This document shows, piece after piece, positions 58,085 through 64,000 of a stretch of 64,000 bases of DNA. The DNA comes from Alphaproteobacteria bacterium. GTDB taxonomy: Bacteria > Pseudomonadota > Alphaproteobacteria > Bin95. The stretch is from the NCBI GenBank assembly GCA_964291285.2, contig OZ219787.1, positions 192,001-256,000 of the forward strand, in the 5' to 3' direction. The translations under genes were made by a program, and so were the position numbers. The first letter of the stretch is position 1, and every line of letters starts with the position of its first letter. The notes under the pieces were generated by a model. That model worked only from the letters and a program-made list of their open reading frames with translations. It searched no databases and was not told the origin of the DNA.

Positions 58085-58545
58085 CAAGGGGCGGCTCCCG
58101 CCCGGCGGCGCGGGGAGACCGTCGGCATGTGTCATGGAATGTCATGTTTTGTCATGTTCCGTCATGAGAGACCCCTGCGGGATGTCATGGAATGTCATGT
58201 TTCGTCATGGAAGCCCTCTCCTCCCCGTCCGTCTCCGGCATGCCGTTTCCTCCATCGCGTTCCGTTCTCCTCCCTCCTCCCGCCGCCGCCCGCACCCCGT
58301 GCGGCGGGACCCTATTGCCGCGCGCGTATCGCGTGCGCGCGCGCCCGCGCGCCGCCGCCGGCGCGGTTCGCGCGCCTGATTGCCCGCGCGCGCGAGGCAG
58401 GCCCAGGGCGCACTTCACCCGTTCCCCGGAAAGGGGCCGAAAAAACCCGCCGGCCGCGCCCGCCGCCGGGGTTCCGTTGCTGGGCACGGAATGAAACATA
58501 ATAGCAACGATATGAGATTTCAACCCCTGCGGGGGAGATTTTTTC
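58085..58545 (-). repeat. Dispersed intergenic element, copy 4 (uninterrupted)
   Basis: TTGAAA (58523-58518)-17-TATGTT; 28-mer at 58356-58383; purine-rich RBS-like tract; 7 CATGAC repeats. Confidence 0.85.
58131..58209 (-). repeat. Phased CATGAC direct-repeat array
   Basis: GTCATG at 58131, 58141, 58151, 58161, 58184, 58194, 58204. Confidence 0.9.
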
Positions 58546-59425
58546 GGGGACGGCGGAAAAGGCCCGCCGGCCCCGCCTATTGCCGCCCGATTTCCTCCGT
58601 CAGCGTATCGAACAGGCGCCGGCAGGCCGGGCAGCGCCTCCGCACCGTCTCCGGGTCTATCCGCCGGAGCAGGTCGCTGGCATGGCCGATCTTGCAGTAT
58701 TCGCCCTTGCCCGTGTTTCTCGTCGCCCGTTCCAGGGCTTTACCGATGTCCGGCGCGGCTTCCAGATTGCCTGTTCGGGGAAGCGCGCCCGCGCTGAAGC
58801 CGGCGCCGTAATAGCCCCTCAACGCCTGCCTGTCGGCGACGATCCATGTCTCCATCATCTGGACCATGAGGTGAATCCGGTCATCGGACGCAAAGCCGAG
58901 GTTCCATCCGTCGTGCTGTTGGAGATGCTGGCCGAAAGTTGCCGCCGTCACCGGGACCTCGGAATCGACCAGCAAAACGAGCAGCCCCGGTTCGCCTTGT
59001 CGGGCAGCCGTCTCGAACGCCCTGAACGTACGCCCCCGGTCTCCTGTAGGTGACGGTCGTAAAAGGCGCTTATTTGCTGGCGTTGCGCGTTTTTGCGGGG
59101 CGTGATGATCGCAGTGATTGTGGTGCGGCGGTGTTTGTGACGGGGGCCTGGGACGGAAGGAGGGCGTAGCCCGACTGGAGTCGCCGGCCCCCGTCGCGTT
59201 GATATTTTCGCCTGCCGAGGGGAGGGTGTCCTGGCGCTGTCGGCGGGGGTCGCCGGGCTGCGCGAGGGGGTAGACTGGGGCTGCTGAGAACGATGCGGCG
59301 CCGGCCCCGTTTGCTAGGTGGCAACGACCGGCGCCGCACCCCCCGAGCCATGCAAGGCACGGCCCGTATGCGCAGTATCGTAGGCGTTCGGGCGTGGGTC
59401 CACCCCGTTCTCATCGGTCTTTGCG

Positions 59426-59860
59426 ATGAGGAACGCCGCCCGCCTGTTCACCTGCGCTTCGTGCCATCGCCAGGTTGTGCTGTGCCGGCGGTGCGACCAC
59501 GGCAACATCTACTGCTCGCGTCCGTGCAGCGGCCGGGCGCGGCGGCGCTCGCTGCGCCTTGCCGGGCGTCGCTACCAGAACAGCCGGCGGGGCCGTCACA
59601 AGCATGCCGAACGCCAGCGGCGCTACCGCGAGCGCCGTCGCGTCCGTGCGCCTGAGGAGGGGCGCCGTGCGCAGAAAGTGACGCATCACCCTTTGACCCG
59701 TTCACCGCGCCGTCCTGTTGTGGCGGGCATGCCGGCGGGGCGCTCGGGAAGGAGGCCCTTCGGACCCGACCGTCCCGCCGGAGTGTTCCGCTGCGATCAC
59801 TGCGGGCGGTTCTGCGCCCGGGCGGTCTATCCGGGCCTGCGCCCGGCGCGAAGGGAGTGA
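59426..59860 (+). CDS. Cys/Arg-rich putative zinc-finger protein inside IS21
   Basis: CxxC...CxxC...CxxxC, basic helix, C-terminal CDHC; ends 1 nt before the istA ATG. Confidence 0.7.
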   Translation: MRNAARLFTCASCHRQVVLCRRCDHGNIYCSRPCSGRARRRSLRLAGRRYQNSRRGRHKHAERQRRYRERRRVRAPEEGRRAQKVTHHPLTRSPRRPVVAGMPAGRSGRRPFGPDRPAGVFRCDHCGRFCARAVYPGLRPARRE

Positions 59861-59861
59861 G

Positions 59862-61367
59862 ATGGCGATCGACCAGCAGACCCGGGCCGAGATCCTGCGG
59901 CTGTATTTTGCCGAGAAGTGGCGGATCGGCACGATCGCGCGCCAGCTCGGCGTCCACCACGGCACGGTCGAGCGCGCGGTGGCGGCCGCCGGGGCGCCCA
60001 CGCCTGAGAAGCGGCGCAGATCTTCGATGATCGATCCGTTCCTGCCCTTCGTCCGCCAGACCCTGGCGGTCTGGCCGAAGTTGCCCTCCAGCCGGCTCTA
60101 CCGGATGGCGGTCGAGCGCGGTTACCGGGGGTGCGAGAGCCACTTCCGGCGCATGATCGCGCCCGAGCGTCCGCGGCCGGTGGCCGAGGCCTATCTGCGC
60201 CTCAAGGCCCTGCCCGGCGAGCAGGCCCAGGTCGACTGGGCCCACTTCGGCAAGGTGAGGATCGGGCGTGCGGAGCGCCCGCTGATGGCCTTCGTGATGG
60301 TGCTCGGCCACTCGCGCCGCCTCTTCCTGCGCTTCTACCTCAACGCCGGGATGGACAACTTCCTGCGCGGCCATGTCGAGGCCTTCGAGGCTTGGCAGGG
60401 CGTGCCCCGCGAGCTCTGGTACGACAATCTGAAGAGCGTCGTGCTGGAGCGGCGCGGCGACGCCATCCGCTTCAATCCCCGGCTTCTCGACTTCGCAGGC
60501 GCCTACCGCTTCCTGCCGAAGCCGGTCGCGGTCGCCCGAGGCAACGAGAAGGGCCGCGTCGAGCGGGCCATACGCTATGTGCGCGACAGCTTCTTCGCCG
60601 CCCGCGCCTGGCGTGACCTCGACGATCTCAACGCCCAGGCCCGGGAGTGGTGCGAGGGCGTCGCCGCCGACCGCCCCTGGCCGGACGACCGCTCCCTCAC
60701 CGTGAGCGAGGCCTTCGAGCGCGAGCGCGGCTCCCTGATGGCGCTGCCCGACGACCGTCCCCCCGTCGACGAGAGGGTCGAGGTCAGGATCGCCAAGACC
60801 CCCTATGCCAGGTTCGACCTCAATGACTACAGCGTCCCGCATACCCATGTCCGGCGCACCCTCACCGTGGCCGCGACGCTGGAAGAGGTGCGCATCCTCG
60901 ACGGCATGGAGGTCATCGCCCGCCATCCGCGCAGCTTCGACAAGGCGGCCCGCATCGAGAACCCCGAACACATTGAGGAGCTGGTCAGGCGCAAGCGTCA
61001 CGCCCGCAGCCTGCGCGGGCAGAGCCGGCTGCTCCAGGCCGCGCCCAACAGCGAGCGCCTGATCGCCGAGGCCGCCCCCCGCGGCGCTTATATCGGCGCC
61101 ACCGTCGCCGCCCTGCTGCGCCTGCTCGACCAATACGGCGCCGCCGAGCTCGAAGCCGCCATCGACGAGGCCCTCGAACGCGGCGTCCCCCATCCCAATG
61201 CCGTGCGCCTCAGCCTCACACGGCGGCGCGAACTGCAGGACAGGCCGCCGCCGATCCCCATCGACCTGCCCAGGGACCCGCGCGTGCGCGACATCGCCGT
61301 GCGCGATCACGATCTCGGCGGATACGACGGGCTGGCCGGCTACCATGAAAAGGACAGCGAAGAATGA
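59862..61367 (+). CDS. istA: IS21 transposase
   Basis: PGEQAQVDW, YDNLKS, EKGRVER. Confidence 0.93.
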   Translation: MAIDQQTRAEILRLYFAEKWRIGTIARQLGVHHGTVERAVAAAGAPTPEKRRRSSMIDPFLPFVRQTLAVWPKLPSSRLYRMAVERGYRGCESHFRRMIAPERPRPVAEAYLRLKALPGEQAQVDWAHFGKVRIGRAERPLMAFVMVLGHSRRLFLRFYLNAGMDNFLRGHVEAFEAWQGVPRELWYDNLKSVVLERRGDAIRFNPRLLDFAGAYRFLPKPVAVARGNEKGRVERAIRYVRDSFFAARAWRDLDDLNAQAREWCEGVAADRPWPDDRSLTVSEAFERERGSLMALPDDRPPVDERVEVRIAKTPYARFDLNDYSVPHTHVRRTLTVAATLEEVRILDGMEVIARHPRSFDKAARIENPEHIEELVRRKRHARSLRGQSRLLQAAPNSERLIAEAAPRGAYIGATVAALLRLLDQYGAAELEAAIDEALERGVPHPNAVRLSLTRRRELQDRPPPIPIDLPRDPRVRDIAVRDHDLGGYDGLAGYHEKDSEE

Positions 61368-62158
61368 CCGACACCCTCATGAACCGCGCCCGCGCGCTGG
61401 GCCTGCACGGCCTCCTCGCCCATTGGGGCGAAGTCGCGGAGCGCGACTGGCTCGCCTCCCTGATCGCGTGGGAAGAAGATGAGAAGCGCGCCCGAAGCCT
61501 CAAACGCCGCCTCGCCGACGCCCGCCTCGGACAGTTCAAGCCGCTCGCAGACTTCGACTGGGACTGGCCAAGGCGCTGCGACCGCATGGCCGTCGAGGAC
61601 CTCATGACCCTCGACTTCCTCAAGGAGGCCGCAAACCTCGTACTGGTCGGACCCAACGGCGTCGGAAAGTCCACCATCGCCGCCAATATCGCCCACCGCG
61701 CCGTCCTCGAAGGCCACATCGTGCGCTTCGCAACCGCCGCCAGCCTGCTCGGCGAACTCGCCGCCATCGACTCCGACACCCTGCTCCAGCGCAGGCTGCG
61801 CTTCTACGCCCGACAGCACCTGCTGGTCATCGACGAAGTCGGATATCTCTCCTACTCCAACCGCCACGCCGACCTGCTGTTCAACATCGTCTCAAGCCGC
61901 AGCCAGCAGAACTCAACCATAATCACCACGAACCGCCCCTTCGCCGAGTGGAGCGAGGCCTTCCCAAACGCCGCCTGCCTGGTCGCCCTCGTCGACCGGC
62001 TCGTCCACAACGCCGAGATCGTCGCCATCGACGGCGACTCCTGGCGCCGCAAGGAAGCCGAGGAACGTCAGAAGCAGCGCAGCGCCGAACGCCGCCGCCG
62101 GCGCGGACCGAAAGCCGGGCAAAGCACTGGAAAGGCGAACCCGGTCCCGTCGCCATAG
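61364..62158 (+). CDS. istB: IS21 helper ATPase
   Basis: GPNGVGKS, LVIDEVGY, ITTN, DRLVH. Confidence 0.93.
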   Translation: MTDTLMNRARALGLHGLLAHWGEVAERDWLASLIAWEEDEKRARSLKRRLADARLGQFKPLADFDWDWPRRCDRMAVEDLMTLDFLKEAANLVLVGPNGVGKSTIAANIAHRAVLEGHIVRFATAASLLGELAAIDSDTLLQRRLRFYARQHLLVIDEVGYLSYSNRHADLLFNIVSSRSQQNSTIITTNRPFAEWSEAFPNAACLVALVDRLVHNAEIVAIDGDSWRRKEAEERQKQRSAERRRRRGPKAGQSTGKANPVPSP

Positions 62159-62160
62159 CC

Positions 62161-63033
62161 ATGCATCCCTCCCGCCCCCGCGAGCGGCGGGTGCGGGCCG
62201 AGAGCCTGCGGGGCTATCCCCTCGAACCCGTCGCCCGAGCCCTCGGCTACCGCAGCGATCCCGACAATGCCGTGCGCTGGAGACGGCCAGGATCGGTCCT
62301 CTCCATCAACCGCTTCATGTTCTACGACCATCTGCGCGCAGAGGAGGGAGCCGGGGCTATCGAACTGGCGGTCCATGCGCTCGGATGCACCCCGCCGGAC
62401 GCCATCGACTTCCTCGCCGAACTGTCCGACCTCTCAATGCCCCCAGGCGGCCGCCGGCAGGCGCCGGCCAAGGACCCCCGCTGGCCCAACCTCCGGCGAT
62501 ACCTCGTCGAGCGGCGCGGCCTCGCGGACGCGCTCGTCACCCTGTGCCGCGACCTCGGCCTGGTCCATGCCGACCCTCACGGCAACCCCGTGTTCGTCCG
62601 CCGAAACGCCGCCGGCGAGGCTACCGGCATCGAAACCGTCACCGCTGACCGCAAAACGACCGCGGGCGGCGGCTTCTGGATGTCCTGGGAGACCGAATGG
62701 CCACACGCCGTCATCCTGGCCGGCAACGCCCTCGACGCACTCTCCATCCTCTCCCTCCACCTCGGCCCGGTAAAACGCACCGAATGCGCCACCGTCTCCA
62801 CCGGCGCCGTCGCCACCAAAGTCCCCAAATGGATCGAGGCATGGAACCCGCGCCTCATCTTCTGTGCATACGACGCCACCACAAACGGCGATCACGCCGC
62901 AAGGCGCCTCGCCCGCAACGACACCAGAATCGTCCGGCTGCGACCCGCACTCGACAACCGGGACTGGAACGACATGCTCATCCGCGACCGAGCCGGCGAA
63001 CCAATCGAAACCGATGACCAACAGATCAACTGA
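62161..63033 (+). CDS. Toprim/DUF3991-like passenger protein
   Basis: FYDH...GAGAIEL, RYLVERRGL, ALDALS, CAYDA...G, DWNDML. Confidence 0.7.
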   Translation: MHPSRPRERRVRAESLRGYPLEPVARALGYRSDPDNAVRWRRPGSVLSINRFMFYDHLRAEEGAGAIELAVHALGCTPPDAIDFLAELSDLSMPPGGRRQAPAKDPRWPNLRRYLVERRGLADALVTLCRDLGLVHADPHGNPVFVRRNAAGEATGIETVTADRKTTAGGGFWMSWETEWPHAVILAGNALDALSILSLHLGPVKRTECATVSTGAVATKVPKWIEAWNPRLIFCAYDATTNGDHAARRLARNDTRIVRLRPALDNRDWNDMLIRDRAGEPIETDDQQIN

Positions 63034-63238
63034 AAAACCGCAACCGGCCGAAAAATGTCAGCGAATAGGCGCGCTCTGTAACCGTCGCTAACATCTCCGC
63101 AACAAGTCAGTTGCCAACGCCAGCTTCTGGCTCTCGCTGCCTCTTTCAACTCTTGCAGGAAGACGTCCATACCCTGCCGGAGCTGGGCACGGCCGGACCC
63201 GCGAGGTCCTCCTCCCTCCATGAAAATCGAAACAGCGC

Positions 63239-64000
63239 TCACGGGTTTGCGCCCAACGCTCCCATGCGCCAGATGTCGCCCAAGGCGTATTCGTCCAGCC
63301 AGTGGGCGACGCTTTCCGGGTCCAGCCGGCGCAGCATAGTGCCCGCGCCGGGCCGCTCGCAGGCGACAATGGCGCTTGGCCGATTGGTCAACTCCGACAC
63401 CAGCGCATCCGAATGGGTCGTCACCACTAGCTGCGTCCGCTCGGAGGCCTCCTCCAGCACATCGCCCAACAGCGCCACCGCGTCGGGATGCAGGCCCAAT
63501 TCCGGCTCGTCGATACAAACCAGGGGCGGCGGCTCCGGCGACAGCAGCACCGCCAGCATGGCGATGAAGCGGAGCGTGCCGTCCGACATGCGTGTTACAG
63601 GGGTAGGCGTATCGAAACCGGTTTCATGGAGATAAAACTGGATTGCGCCCCCGGAAACCCGAGTAGTCATACGCTCGAACCGGGGGAAAAATCGTTTCAG
63701 CAAGCTATTGAATCGATCCCACTCTTTCCCAAACTGTTCGATATAATTCAAGACCAATGCGAGATTGCCGGAATCGGGAAGAAGCGGATTGTCAGGCAAA
63801 TCCGTCTGTTGGGGCCGGCGCACCTCCGAACGAGGACCGAAGGTCCATCTTCGGAAGGTTTGCATATCGAAAAGGAAACGCCCAAGCAGGGTCGGCACGG
63901 GATACAGGGATGCATCGCGGCGCTGGGCGAAAAGCGACTGGTCGCGCGTCAGATGTTCGTCCTCTATCGGGTAGATCGACGAAGTTCCCGTATCCCTGTT
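63239..64000 (-). CDS. AAA_21/ABC-type ATPase (5' end outside window)
   Basis: MSDGTLRF, CIDEPELGLHP, VTTHS; GTGA overlap with the DUF4276-like gene. Confidence 0.88.
   Translation of the reverse strand, partial: NRDTGTSSIYPIEDEHLTRDQSLFAQRRDASLYPVPTLLGRFLFDMQTFRRWTFGPRSEVRRPQQTDLPDNPLLPDSGNLALVLNYIEQFGKEWDRFNSLLKRFFPRFERMTTRVSGGAIQFYLHETGFDTPTPVTRMSDGTLRFIAMLAVLLSPEPPPLVCIDEPELGLHPDAVALLGDVLEEASERTQLVVTTHSDALVSELTNRPSAIVACERPGAGTMLRRLDPESVAHWLDEYALGDIWRMGALGANP

Larger units (their letters stand above)
59045..63093 (+). mobile_element. IS21-family element with passenger genes (4049 bp)
   Basis: TGT...ACA ends with imperfect IRs (TGTnnGnGACGGT); 5-bp TSD TCTCC at 59040-59044 and 63094-63098. 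Confidence 0.92.
58577..63242 (-). pseudogene. DUF4276-like protein (~203 aa) interrupted by IS21
   Basis: Removing the IS plus one TSD copy gives 612 nt in frame: IFMEGGG...CCG|DRGRTFRAF...LLVDSE...METWIVAD. Confidence 0.8.

Overview
High-GC window that looks alphaproteobacterial, based on the SAM-II riboswitch with metZ, a DriD homolog, rluB/tadA synteny and choXWV-betA. A Rhodospirillales-like marine or symbiont origin is only an inference. The middle is mostly metabolic and transport genes. Accessory regions lie at both ends and carry four IS families. IS1595 splits a PIN-like gene. IS1634 is inserted into a copy of itself, and the outer copy also holds an IS630. A 4-kb IS21 with passenger genes splits a DUF4276-like gene next to an ABC ATPase. 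Three toxin-antitoxin loci have lost their toxins. The two most striking observations are: (1) a four-copy, mostly non-coding intergenic element with a sigma70 promoter, an invariant 28-bp hairpin core and, in the two uninterrupted copies, helically phased CATGAC arrays; IS1634 hits two copies at the same nucleotide; (2) a double-AAA ATPase / DriD-like WYL regulator / low-GC PD-(D/E)XK-like nuclease locus with a DriD-type operator. All calls come from reading the sequence and translations; no database searches were run.
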